Notes under the pieces: model-generated | Seen by the model: only the letters and a program-made list of their open reading frames with translations | Told to the model about the DNA's origin: nothing | Database searches by the model: none | DNA from: Heterodontus francisci | Lineage: Eukaryota | Length of the DNA stretch: 64,000 nt | Direction: 5' to 3' | Assembly (NCBI RefSeq): GCF_036365525.1 | Contig: NW_027141336.1 | Coordinates: forward strand, 1 to 64,000 | In this document: positions 10,983 through 24,000 of the stretch, one piece after another | Layout: every line of letters starts with the position of its first letter | How positions within the stretch are numbered: position 1 is the stretch's first letter | Program-made: the position numbers and the translations under genes

Positions 10983-12269
10983 GGTATGAATCACTCACTG
11001 GAGTTTAACAGCAGCTAAACTAGCATCAAAGCAGTTTATAAACAGCAGTAACTGTGAGCTCAGGGTATCGGAAGGGACTTTACTGAGTTTCACCACTGGC
11101 TCGCAGTGTTTTTACTTGTTTACATAAATTTCTCACATAGTGCTGTATCTCTAAATAGAAATAAAAATAAATAAATAAAGTGTAAGTTGAGTTTCATGAG
11201 CCAGTCTGTAAGAGACACAAGCTCCAATGGTAAAGTGACTAACTCTGATAGTAGTGGCCTACCATTGATCAACTCTGGTTTAATACACAGGAGTTCCATC
11301 AATATCAGCTGGTTTTGTGACAAGGAGCAGTTTTTTTAACCCACCATCAGTATCGAGCAGGCCCAGGTCTGGTCAGGTAGAGTGAAGCTGTCCTCCTCAA
11401 TTTAACCTCGAGTCACCTCCTTTCATTCTCCTACTGCTCTTCACCATTCATTGCTGCTCTTCCCCATCACAAAGATATACTTGTATATTACAAACCACAG
11501 GGAGGCCATTCAGCCTCTCTGGCTCCTCCTTGCTCAGACTGCTATGATTCCTCACACTCCCCCATGTCTAACTGCTGTCCACGTCTCTATCCAGAGACCA
11601 GTCTAAGTACTGCTGACTTGTTCTGAACTTGTCTTGTTACTTTGTACCCCTGGTCCTGCACTGATGGTGTAACACGAACCTCCTGGGATTCTCTTGTTCT
11701 GTTAAATGTGCCTGACCTGCATCCAGTTCCCTTGAGCCAATGAATTAAACGTACAACTGTTTTGGACCAATGGGAGGTCAATATGTTGGGAAGGGAGCAG
11801 GTGATTCCAGGAGTGTGACTGGATTGTGCAGGTTAATATTCCAGGCAGCAAAGACATGAATCACACGGAGAACTGGAACTTTCTAAAGCTGGTCTGGTGA
11901 GCAACAAACTTCCGGATGCTGTCAGCTGCTTAGTGAGACACTGCAGCTGTTTAATATACAGGAGGATGGGATCTGTCACCTGGAGAGGGGGAGATAGTTG
12001 TGCTGTGTACGTGGGGACAGAGATTAGACTTCATTTTGGAGCCTGGGTCTTAGACTGATAGATTGTGCAGTGAGCCTGGTGATCCAGTGCTGGGACACTC
12101 GATCTTCACTGAGATATGGTGCTCCTGGAGAAGTTTCAGGGGATGGATTGTGGGTTCAGGCTGGTCAGTCTGGGTTCAGTCATATCACTGCACTCTTTAC
12201 CTGTGACTGTAGGGAACCTGTCCCATGACACCTGGAACAGCTGCCAATGATGTGTTAAAGGGAGTGGGA

Positions 12270-12770
12270 TTGGGGGGGAGGGGGGGAAGAAAGAGGTCAG
12301 AATTGGAGGTGCGTAGAGATCTCTGAGTTGGGGGGCTACAGAGGTTATGAAGATATGGAGGGATTTGACAATGAGGATGAGAACCTTAAAATCATTTGAG
12401 ACATTACCGGACCAGGAACCTATGTAGGATAGAGAATGCAGGGGTGATGGTGAATGGGACTTGGTGTGAGTTAGGATTCGGGCAGCAGAGTTTTGGATGA
12501 CCTGAAGTTTATGGAGGATGAAATATGAGAGGTTGGTCAGCAGTGTCTGGGGGTAATGAAGGTATTGATGAGAGTTTCAGCAGCAGATGAGCTGAGGCAG
12601 AGATGGAGTAGGTTAGTGTTACTGCGCTGGATCAAGAGGGGATCTTGGTGATGGAGAGGTTATGGTGTTGGAAGCTCAGCTCAGGAATAAATAGGACACT
12701 GAGGTTGTGAACAATCTGGTTCAGTCTGACAGTGACCAGGGAGAGGGATGGAGTAAGTGTCTAAGGAACA
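12270..12770 (-). mobile_element. L2-type LINE fragment (degenerate)
   Basis: Purine-rich antisense L2-like signature (gggacttggtgtgagttaggattcgggcagcagagttttggatga); recognised by pattern only. Confidence 0.55.
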
Positions 12771-13135
12771 GAGTTTCCACATTGATCTTTCTGGGTTCCA
12801 ACTCCTGTACTGGGTGTGAAGCCTCCATGTGATTCTGTCCATCTTTCATTTGCCAGGTTGATTCCGAATTGAAGATTACTCGAACTAGTGATTGGACTGG
12901 CTGTGTCACTGGGAGGATTCATTTAGAAACAATCTGGATGTTTTATCTTTATTTGGCTGTGTTTTATATAGTGAAACAATACATCTATCATTTATTGGAA
13001 TTCTGAGTTTATTTTCTGCTTGGTAATTTGGTAGAAATCTCCAGTTGAATATTTTGGAGTTTAATATTGAGATGTTTCTAATTGCTGTTGTTGCTTGCAT
13101 TCCTGCATCTGAGAAATGTTCATTTAAACCAGTAA

Positions 13136-13903
13136 AGGGAAGGGATCGACAGGCCGTGACCAATCACAGATCACTGAGCACAGGGAGGGATCGACAGGCC
13201 AGTGACCAATCACAGATCACTGAGCACAGGGAGGGATCGACAGGCCGTGACCAATCATAGATCACTGAGCACAGGGAGGGATCAACAGGCCGTGACCAAT
13301 CACAGATCACTGAGCACAGGGAGGGATCGACAGGCCGTGACCAATCACAGATCACTGAGCACAGGGAGGGATCGACAGGCCGGTGACCAATCACAGATCA
13401 CTGAGCACAGGGAGGGATCGACAGGCAGGTGACCAATCACAGATCACTGAGCACAGGGAGGGATCGACAGGCTGGTGACGAATCACTGAGCACAGGGAGG
13501 GATCGACAGGCCGGTGACCGGTCACAGATCACTGAACACAGGGAGGGATCGGTAGGCAGGCGACCAATCACAGATCACTGAGCACAGGGAGGGATCGACA
13601 GGCAGGCGACCAATCACAGATCACTGAGCACAGGGAGGGATCGACAGGCCACTGACCAATCACAGATCACTGAGCACAGGGAGGGATCGACAGGCCGTAA
13701 CTAATCACAGATCACTGAACACAGGGAGGGATCGGTAGGCAGGCGACCAATCACAGATCACTGAGCACAGGGAGGGATCGACAGGCCACTGACCAATCAC
13801 AAATCACTGAGCATAGGGAGGGATCGACAGGCCACTGACCAATCACAGATCACTGAGCACAGGGAGGGATCGACAGGCCACTGACCAATCACAGATCACT
13901 GAC
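13136..13903 (+). repeat. 45/46-bp minisatellite (cagggagggatcgacaggccgtgaccaatcacagatcactgagca)
   Basis: About 17 highly similar tandem copies with no unique spacers. Confidence 0.95.
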
Positions 13904-14182
13904 TATGTTTCTATCTCTTCCCTCTGGGAGGTTCGACGTTTTAATTCTCTGATCAGTTTAAGTTTCTGTTTTTTAACTGTCCGTCTTCATTGGTGCCTGA
14001 GGTTGGATCCTGTGTTTCCCGGGAATGTGGTTTATTAAATGAAATGAACAGCTTCACTTCCCTGAACCCAGTCTGTCACTGGCCTGTTGTATGAACCGAG
14101 GGTGGGGAATGTAAAATGTTTGGGATTGCACTCTGTACCACTCTACGTACTGGATTAAAGTTTACATTTGTACCTATTGAAT

Positions 14183-14188
14183 AATAAA
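14183..14188 (+). promoter_or_regulatory. Candidate polyadenylation signal
   Basis: AATAAA with downstream tgtatctgtgtgtt. Confidence 0.45.
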
Positions 14189-16829
14189 AACACTTGTTCC
14201 ACAAACTGTATCTGTGTGTTCACTCTGTCCAGTCCCAGACCCTGACACAAAGAACCAGGATCACTAAGAATCATTTGATCAGGGTTGACTTTGAAACCAT
14301 CACCCTGACCATCCCTTCCCCCTGCCCCATGACCAGTACAATACTAGACAGGGAATTCCCAGAGCAGCCAGTAATTCTCACTGGCCTTCACCATCCTACC
14401 TGGATGAAAGTTCCATGTCTATCCAGAGCTCAGTTATTGCTTTCCCATTACCCTCCTTCCCTCTCTGCTGCCTCTCAGGGAAATCTTGCCTGTCCCTCCT
14501 GCTCTACTATTTAGAGTAGGCCAGTGGACTGGTTACACTATGAACAGTTTGAGACAGTTCCCTGTGTCTTTGGACAGACCAGCCTTTCATTCCACCTCCA
14601 TCACGAGCAGCTTAGCCCCACTACCACAGTCTGCCGTTTGCCTGTATTTGCATTGACCGGACAGTGTTCTCACTTACCCTGCCAACCAAAGACTGGACAA
14701 TTACTGGCTCCCTGAGGAACTGACTGTCCACTGGCTCCTGGCACTGCCCCTGAACGGAGGGAATGTAGGTATAATATTCCTTGAAGGAACAGAAAGCCAC
14801 AGCCAAGAGCTCTCTCCAACCCAGCAGTAAATTAGGAATGGCCTTTGGAGACGTCCCTGTTAACTACTGGCCCAATCCCTCTGTGGCAGCAGTGTGGGAT
14901 GGCAGATACCAACCTGCTCCTGGTCTCTGACTCTCTCTCTCTCTCATGAAAAGGCCTCAGCAGATGCTGGTTGTGTTCCGACTCTGGCTCCCAATTCCAG
15001 GAAGCTTCCACAGGCTGAGCCGACAGGGAAGGTTGATAGGGAGTCCTGGGAGCAGGGATCAAGGCAGCTATAAACTGATGAATACAAGTCATTGGTTAAA
15101 CCTTCGAGATGTGAACCCCTGCCACTTGGGGGAAGTGGCACTGAGACACATGTACCCTCCCTGGGAGAGGGTGCCCTCGCAATCTGGCTGTCCCTCAGCA
15201 GTTAGAGGGAGAGGTTGAAGGTGGCTCCACAGTGATGGTGGGGGAGACACTGATCTATAAAAAGTGAACAGAGACCTGCGACTGCCCTCACCAAGGTGGA
15301 AATCACCCACAACATCGACGATCCTCAGCATGGTTGAGTCCTCAGAGGGTGATGTCCCCAAATGAGCCAGTGCCAACTGGAGACCAATGTCCCAGGGCTG
15401 GGTTAGTGGCACCAGAGGGGATGGCAGATGCCTCGGGTGATGGACTCACCGACAGTAGCTGGTGCTGCCTGGGTGAACCAGCCTGACTCTGGCACCATAG
15501 ACCCACAGAACAATTACAGCACAGAAGGAGGCCATTCAGCCCATTGTGTCTGTGCACAGACACCTCAGAGGCGCTGGTGCCCAAAGAGGACCATTTGTCT
15601 TCATCCTGGGAGGTCTCAATAGAAGCTGTTAACAAGGCTTCACCTGATGGTGTGGACTGGGATATCAGGGACAGGTTGGTGAGTGGCCATAAGCATCCTG
15701 TCCCACTCTGAACCATCAAGACAACAGGAGCCTCCCCATCCTGAGCCTGTCCTGTTCAGTCCCAAGGTGAACCCACAGCTGACATCAGTGGGAGATGACT
15801 GTATGGACTTGGCACTAACCAGTTTCAGTGTCATTAACCCCAAGCAATGGTGAAGTGGAGCTGGAGCTGGAGCAGGTTTGCTGCTTGATGCTGATGTGGG
15901 GACAGGATGTCTGGATGTGGAGGTCCAGCACAAGGGGAGACGGGGTCAATTTATATATTTAACAATAGAAATCAATGTCAGAATCCCGAAGGTGGAAGTG
16001 GTAGGGATGACAGACTCAGTGACCTTACTCTCCAAACTCTGACTCACACACTATAGACAGCCTCTGTGAGCTCTGCAATCTGACCAACCAGTCTCTTTCA
16101 CTCCTTCAAATATTGATCCAATTTCCCTTTAAAAGATGCAAAGCTCTTTCCATCACCCACTCCCTGTTTGTAGGGCATTCCATGTTCCAAACAACTCAGA
16201 AGGAATGTCTCCTATCTTCTCTCCTCACTCAATGAGCATTTAAATTATTGCCCCCTCTTCAATGGCCCCTAAAACAGAGGAAATCGTATTTCCCGATTCA
16301 CTTGATCAAAACCCTTCATCATTTGAAAATCCCTCAATGAAATCTCCTCTTGTCTCCTTTGTTCCAGTTGAAACAGTCTGAGCACAGATGGTTGGATGAC
16401 ATTGGAGGATCGGCCTGGAGATGAGGCACTGTAAGGGCACGGAATAAGCTTTCTCTTCTCGATTTTTAATTACAAGTATGCAGCAATAATACGTGTGTAA
16501 AAATAAATTACAGTATGCAAATGGTCATGCGAGGTGCAAAAGGATCTGTGTCAAATATAAAGCTAAACTGTTGATGCCTACAAAATGCAAAGCTCAGGAC
16601 AGGTGCATCCTGTTATGAACTGATGAGAAATGAATGTGATATGATGTGAGAAGGGGGGTGGGGGAGGAGCTCTTTGAGCTGTTTCACAGTCGTCCTGGGA
16701 GCACATTTCTTTGTGGATATTAACTGTCCAGAAAATAGCTCAAACTGTATGGGAGCCAGATAAGACAAGTAACATTACCTGTAAGCACAGTACAATCCTC
16801 CTACAAACACCAACTGCACTTTCCTGTAC

Positions 16830-18300
16830 AAGTAGCAGATGGAATTTACTACAGAGCAATGTGAGATGTTGCATTTTGGCAGAAGAAATAGGAAGAAGCA
16901 ATAGAGACTTAACAACACAGTTTGAAGGAACAGAGGGACCAGGGTATTCATGTGCGTAGACCTTTGAAGGTGGCAGAACATGTTGAGAGAATAATTAGCA
17001 GAGCATGTGGGAACTTGTACTGCATAAATAGATAAATAATTGAATAGAAATTATGCTTTACCATTTTGAAGCTCTGGTTAGGCCACAACTAAAGTATTGC
17101 ATCCAGTTCTGAACATCACACTTTAGGAAGGTTGTGAGAGTCTTTGAGAGGGTGCGGAGGAGATTTACCAGAATGGTTCCAGGGATGCAGGCTGGAATTG
17201 TACGTTGGGCTGGAGGCCCCACCCAATGGCCAAGAATTCGGGGGCGAGCCCGCCTCCATCCCACCTGGAAGCCATGCAGAGATTTTACGTGCCCCTGGCC
17301 GTTAATTGTCCTCGGGCAGGAGTTCAACCCCTCTGAGGCAGGAACTCCAACCTCCAGGAGCTGCCAATCAGCGGGCTGTCAGCTCTCAGTCCCAGCAGTG
17401 CCACCAGGAGCGGTGGCACGACTGGTACTGCACCCAGCGCGAGGTGCAGCATGGATGCTGGCCTTAGAATGAAGCTAAGTGTGCGGGGCCTCACCGGGGA
17501 CAATCGGCCGGGCCCTGTCAAGGCAAGCGGAGTCAGTTGTGGGGGCGGAGGGGAGGAATGTGCTGCAGTGGTGGCTGCTAGGTTTTGCCGAGTGGCCTCT
17601 TAAGGTCTTGAGCTGCCCACATGCTGCTGGTAATGGACTAGCAGTGATGGGAGGAGGCCCTGAAGTGGCTGTTAATTGGCTACTTAAGGGCTTTAATTGG
17701 CCTGAGGCGGGTGGGCCGTTTCTTGCCGCCACCACCGCACGTGAAACTGCAGCGAGTGCTGGAAGGCGACGGGAACGGCACCCCCCCACCTCCCACTCAG
17801 TTTTACAACCTCCCTCCTCCACCTCCAGACCGCTCCTGCAGGGGGTGTAAAATTCCAGCTGCAGGATTTTAGTTACATGGTTAGGTTGGAGAAACTGGGG
17901 TTATTCTTCTTGGAGCAAAGGAAGTTGAGGGGAGATTTAACAGAGAGGTACACATTTATGTCAGATTTAGATAAGGTAGACAAAGAAAATCTGTTCCCAT
18001 TGGCTGATGGTGCAAGGACGAGGGGACACAGATTTAAGGTTTTGGACAAAAGATGCAGGGGAAATATGAAGAAGAATTTTTATATGCAGCGAGTGGTAAT
18101 GACCTGTAACTTACTGCCTACGAGGGTGATGGAAGCAGGGCCGATCAATGATTTCAAAAGGAAATTGGATCGACACTTGAGAGAAAGAAACTTTCCGGCC
18201 TACGGGGGTAGGGCGAGGGAATGGGACTGACTCTGTATAGGGAGCTGGCATGGACACAATGGGCCAAATGGCTTCAATCTGTGTTGTAATGACTCTATGA
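16830..18300 (+). mobile_element. CR1 3' fragment inserted into the LTR element
   Basis: ERVRRRFTRMVPG / LEKLGLFFLEQRKLRGDL motifs; (atgactct) tail near 18290. Confidence 0.8.
17190..17860. mobile_element. GC-rich MITE, PIF/Harbinger-like
   Basis: TIRs ggctggaattgtac / gtaaaattccagct; 3-bp TSD gca (17187-17189 and 17861-17863); splits a CR1 ORF. Confidence 0.7.
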
Positions 18301-20145
18301 CCTCCTGCAGGACCCTGGATGCACCTTCAGCTCGATGTTATCAGTTCATTGCCAACTCCTCCAGTTAACCAGTAACATGTGCTACTTATATTAGACAAGT
18401 TGATCAAATGGACAGAGGCTTTTCCTTACCATAATAATCGTGCTTTGGTTGAGGCTAAAATATCATTGATTGAGGTGATCTGCAGGTGGGGAGTGCACAT
18501 ACAGGTAGCTAGTGATCAAGGATCACATCTTACAGGAAACGTTTTTACTGAACGACAGAAATTGATGAGGATTAAATACAAATTGCCCATATGTCACCAT
18601 CCTCAATGATCTGGAGTAGTGGAAAGAGAGAATAGGACTTCAAACAATGTTTAAAAAGTTCTGTGCAGATCACCCCTTTCAATGGGTGAGCATGTTACCA
18701 ATGTATTTACTGGTGATGTGATCTAGACAGTGTCGTACTACATGAATTTACCCCTATCGGGTAATGACAGGATGTCTGATGTGTATGCCTGGACACCTAC
18801 TGGTGCCCACAGCAGGTCCTTTGCTTTAAAGCAGTTGTACCACTGAGTGGTTGAACCAGATGATCCATTACATTGATCAGATGAATCAATTCGTAGCATG
18901 GAATTTGGGAGAATCCAAGAATCAGGTCTAAAAGTACTTTGACAAATAGGATCATCCATTTGAGTATCAAATTGGAGACTCTGTAATGGTCCTAAATTAT
19001 GGTAAAAAGGACCATTTTGTTAGAACAAAAACGGCAGGACTATACCCTATCACTGATCAGGCCAGTCCTGCCATGTATATAGTTCAGTTTTTAAGTAAGA
19101 AATGTCTGAGTTATATCAAATAGTATCACATCAATCAGCTCAAAACTGTCAAGGAATAAATACTACACCTTGCCGGCAGGTGGAATGTGTTTCTTAGAGT
19201 ATTAATTGTTCTAGGTCTGGTTACCTACCTTGAGAGGCTACCTACTACTACAGAGATCGTATGGAGAGTCATAGAGTCATATCCAGCACAGAAGGAGGCC
19301 ATTCGGCCCATCAAGTCCATGCCAGTTCTCCACGGAGCTACCTAATGAGTCCTACTCCCCCACTCAATCTCCTGAAGATATATTTCCTTCAATTGGCCAT
19401 CTAATTTCCTTTTGAAGTCATTGATTGCCTCCGATTCCACCACCCTTGTGGGCAGCGAGTTCGAGATCATTACCACCCGCTGTGTAACAAGTTCTTTCTC
19501 ATATTCCCCCGCTTCTCTTGCCCAAAACCTTCAATCTGTGTCCCCTAGTCCTTGTACCATTAGTTAATCGGTACAGTTTGTCCTTGTCTAGAGTGAGACA
19601 GATAAAATGTGTCTGAATGTCACTATGCCACCAAGCTGTAATATAACTGATGTTTGTAGTCACTGTCATATAAACTAATGCTACCATGGAAAGGGGCACA
19701 GTAATGTTAGGCAATAATAAATGGTGCAAAGTAGGGTATAATGTCAGTCAGCACCCATGGAGAGGGATTTGGTCTATGATTATAATTTGTGCTCAGAGAA
19801 TTGTAATCATTGTACTAATAATCATGATGTATGTTATTTGTGATGCTTAATGAAATGTTTGACAAAATATTCGAGTTTTAAATTGGCTGCATTAATTAAA
19901 AACTAATTGTCTAAATGTGAGGAGTTGGATAGGATTCCTTCTCTTCAAGGTGAAGAGTATACATGGGATAAACTTTCTCTTCTCCATTTTTAATAACAAG
20001 TATTTAACAAGATGTGTAAGAATAAATTGCAGTATGCAAATTGTCACATAAGGTGTGAAAGGATATGTAAATATTAGCTAAACTGTTGATGCCTTGAAAT
20101 GCTGAGCTAAGGACAGATGCATCCTGTTGTGACCTAGTGTGAAAA

Positions 20146-20885
20146 AATAGAAAAGCAGATTATTTTTTAAAAGGTGTGAAACTTCCAAACATTGGTGTTC
20201 AGCAGTGCTTAGGTGTACTCATAGAAAGTTAACATGTAGGTACAGCAAGCAATTAGGAAGGCAAATGCAAGGGAATTGGAGTCCAGGAATAAGGAAATCT
20301 TGCCACAATTGCACAGGGCTTTGGTGAGACCACATCTGGAATGCTTTGTGCAGTTCCAATCACTATACTGAAGGAAAGATCTATTTGCATTGGAGGCTGT
20401 ACTTTAAAGGTTCACTAGATTGGTTCCTAGGATGAGAGAATTGTCCTATGATAAGAGGCTGAGTAAATTGGGTTCATGTTCTCTGGAGTTTAGAAGAATG
20501 AGAGGTGATCTCATTGAAACATACAGCATTCTGGAGGTGCTGGATAGGGTAGATACTGAGAGATTGTTTCCACTGATCAGGGAATCTAGAATCCGGGGGC
20601 ACAGTGTCAGGATACAGGACCGATCATTTAGGAATGAGATGAGGAGAAATTACTTCACTCCAAGCGTTGTGAATCTTTGGAATTCTCTACCCCAGAGGGT
20701 TGTGGATGCTCCATCGTTGAATATATTTAAGGCTGAGAGAGACAGGTCACTCAGGGAATCAAGGGATATGGGGAATGGGATGGAAAGTGGAATTGAGGCA
20801 GAAGATCAGCCATGATCAAATTGAAAAGTGGAGCAGGCTTGACGAACCGTATGGTCTACTGCTGCTCCTATTTCTTATATTCTTT
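20146..20885 (+). mobile_element. CR1 3' fragment
   Basis: ORF 20420..20815 reads SLEFRRMRGDLIETY...VVNLWNSLP. Confidence 0.85.
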
Positions 20886-21094
20886 TAAATGTCACGTAAT
20901 GTGGAAAAAGTTGTTATTCCTGATGTTGAATAAGATTATCATGGATTAATTTATTCATATTTGTTTTACTGACTCATTTGCAGATATGTTGTAAAAATAG
21001 GATTCTAAGCACAGAAGAAATAGGAGGAGTCGATGATAAGGCCCATCGAGCCTTCCCCACCATTCACTATGATCATGGCTCATCTTCTGTCTCA

Positions 21095-24000
21095 ACGGAT
21101 CAATAGTATAGTAGTAATGTTACTGGACAACTAATCCAGAAGCTCAGACTAATACTCCATAGGCATGAGTTCAAATCCCTCAATTAAAGCGGGTGCAGTT
21201 TAAATTCAATAATTTCATAAATAAAATAAAATAAAAAGTATGTCTCAGAAATTGGAATCATCAAGTTACCAGATTGTCATAAAAACCCATCTGGTTCACT
21301 GCTGTCCTTACCTGGTCTGACCTACATGTGACTTCAGACTGACTGTAATTTGGTTGACTCTTAACTGCCCTCTGAAATGGCCTAGCAAGCCACTCAATTG
21401 TATCAAACCATGACAGAAAAGTCAAAGAATAAAAATAGACAGACCACCCGGCATTGACCTAGACAGCGAAAAAAACAAAGGCTCCACCCTGCCCAGTCAA
21501 CCCTGCAAAGCTCTCGTCGCTAACATCTGGGGACTTGTGCCGAAATTGGGAGAGCTGCGCCACAGACCAGTCAAACAAGAGCCTGACATAGTCATACTCA
21601 CAGAATCATACCTTACAGCCAATGTCCTAGACTCCTCCATCACCATCCCTGGGTATGTCCTGTCCCACCGACAGGACAGAACCACCATTGGTGGCAGCAC
21701 AGTGGTATACAGTTGGGAGGTAGTTGTCCTGGAAGTCCTCAACATCGACTCCAGACCCCATGATGTCTCATGTCATCAGGTCAAAAATAAACAAGGAAAC
21801 CTCCTGCTGAATACCACCGACAGCTCCCCCTCAGCTGTTGAATCACTCATCCATGATAAACATCACTTGGAAGAAGCACTGAGGGCAGCAAGGGTACAGA
21901 ATGTACTCAGGGTAGGGGACTTCAATGTCCATCACCAACAGCAGTTTGGCAGCACCATTACTGACCAAGCTGCCCAAGTCCTGAAGGGCATATCTGCCAG
22001 ACTGGGCCTGCAGCAGGTGATGAGAGAACCAACAAGAGGGAAAAACATACTTTACCTCACCAACTGCCCATGTCAGTCTTGGTAGGAGTGGCTACACATA
22101 GTTCTTGAGCAGATGAAGTCCCATCTTCACACTGAGGAGACCCTCCATCATGTTGCATGGCACTATCACCATGATAAATGGGATAGATTCAAAACAGGTG
22201 TGGCAGCTCAAAGCTGGGAATCCATGAGACACTGTGGGCCATCAGCAGCAGCAGAATTATATTCAACCACAATCTGTAACCTCATGGCCTTTCATATCCT
22301 CCACTCTACCATTAGCATCAAGCCAGAGGACCTATCCTGGTCCTATGAGGAGTGCAGGAGAGCATGCCAGGAGCAGCACCAGGCATACCTAAAAATGAGG
22401 TGCCAACCTGGTGAAGCTACAACACAGGACTACATGTATGATAAGCAGAAGAAACAGCATGGGATAGAGAGAGCTAATCGATCCCACAACCAACGAATCA
22501 GATCCAGGCTCTGCAGTCCTGTCACATCCAGTCAGGAATGGTGGAGAACAATTAAACAACTAACAGGAGGAGGAGGCTTCACAAACAACCCCATCCTCAA
22601 TGATGGGGGAGCCCAGGATGTCAGTGCAAAAGACAAGTTTGAAATATTTTCAACCATCTCCAGCCATATGTGTGGAGTGCATGATCCATCTTGGCCTCCT
22701 ACTGAGGACCCCAGCATCATAGATGCCAGTCTGCAGCCAGTTTCACTCCACATGATATCAAGATAGGTAGATAAGGTGGCGAGGAAGGTATATGAGATAC
22801 TTGCATTTATTAGCCAAGGCATAGAATATAAGAGCAGGGAGGTTATGATGGAGCTGTTTCAAATGCTAGTTAGGCCACAGCTGGAGTATTGTGTACAGTT
22901 CTGGTCGCCACATTATAGGAAGGATGTGATTGCACTGCAGAGGGTGCAGAGGAAATTGCCTGGGCTGGAGCATTTCAGCTATGAAGAGAGACTGGATAGG
23001 CTAGGATTGTTTTCCTTAGAGCAGAGAAGGCTGACGGGAGATCTGACAGAGGAATACAAAATTATGAGGGGCATAGATTGGGTAGATAGGAAGAAACTTT
23101 TTCCCTTAGCAGAGGGGTCAATAACCAGGGGGCATAGATTTAAGGGGAGGAGGTTTAGAGGGGATTTGAGGAAAAAAAATTTCACCCAGCAGGTGGTTGG
23201 AATCTGGAACACACTGCCTGAAGGGGTGGTAGAGGCAGGAACCCTCACAACATTTAAGAAGTATTTAGATGTGCACTTGAAATGCCATAGCATACAAGGC
23301 TACGGGCCAAGTGCTGGAAAATGGGATTAGAATAGATAGGCTTGATGGCCGGCGCAGACCACAGTGGGCCAAAGGGCCTGTTTCTGTGCTGTATAACTCT
23401 ATGACTCTGAGAAATAGCAGCGCACTGTGGATACAGCAAAGGCTATGGGCCCTGAAAACATCCAAGTTGTAGTACTGAAAATTCGTGCTCCAGAACTAGC
23501 TGCACCCCTCGCCAAGCAGTTCCAGTACAGCTACAACACTGGCATCTACTCGACAATGTGGAACATTGCCCAGGTGTGTCCTGTCCACATATAGCAGCCC
23601 AATTCAATCCAGACAATTACCGCCCCATCAGTCTACTCTAATCATCAGCAAAGTGAGAGAAGGTGTTGTCGACAGCGCTGTCAAGCGGCACTTACTCAGC
23701 AGCAACCTGCTAACCAATGCTCAGTTTGGGTTCCACCAGGGCACTCGGCTCCAGACCTCACTACAGCTTGGATCAAACTTGGACAAAAGAGATGAATTCA
23801 AGAAGTGAGGTGAGAGTGACTGCCCTTGACATCAAGGCAGCCTTTGACTGAGTATGACATCAAGGAGCACTCACAAAATTGGAAGTCAATGGGAATCGGG
23901 GGAAAACTCTCCACTGGTTGGAATCATACCCAGCACAAAGGGAAGATGGTTGTGGTTAGGAGGCCAATCATCTCTCCCAAGGATATTGCATATTCACTGA

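Larger units (their letters stand above)
12857..14205 (+). other. Probable non-coding terminal (3' UTR) exon of the MHC class I gene
   Basis: Acceptor ctttcatttgccag| ending at 12856; AATAAA at 14183-14188 followed by a TG-rich tract; an unpaired donor exists 1 nt after the stop codon. Confidence 0.5.
16430..20145 (+). mobile_element. Degenerate retrovirus-like/Gypsy-like LTR element (two LTR remnants, integrase, possible env remnant), internally deleted and interrupted
   Basis: Direct repeats at ~16430-16635 and ~19950-20145. Integrase remnant at ~18300-19160 (KWTEAFP...RWG...SDQGSHLTG...HPQ*SGVVERENRT; K*YHINQLK). Hydrophobic stretch at ~19750-19845. Confidence 0.7.

Noticed and set aside
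13136-13903. CRISPR-like regular repeat array
   Set aside because: Units are directly tandem with no unique spacers; eukaryotic context and no cas genes.
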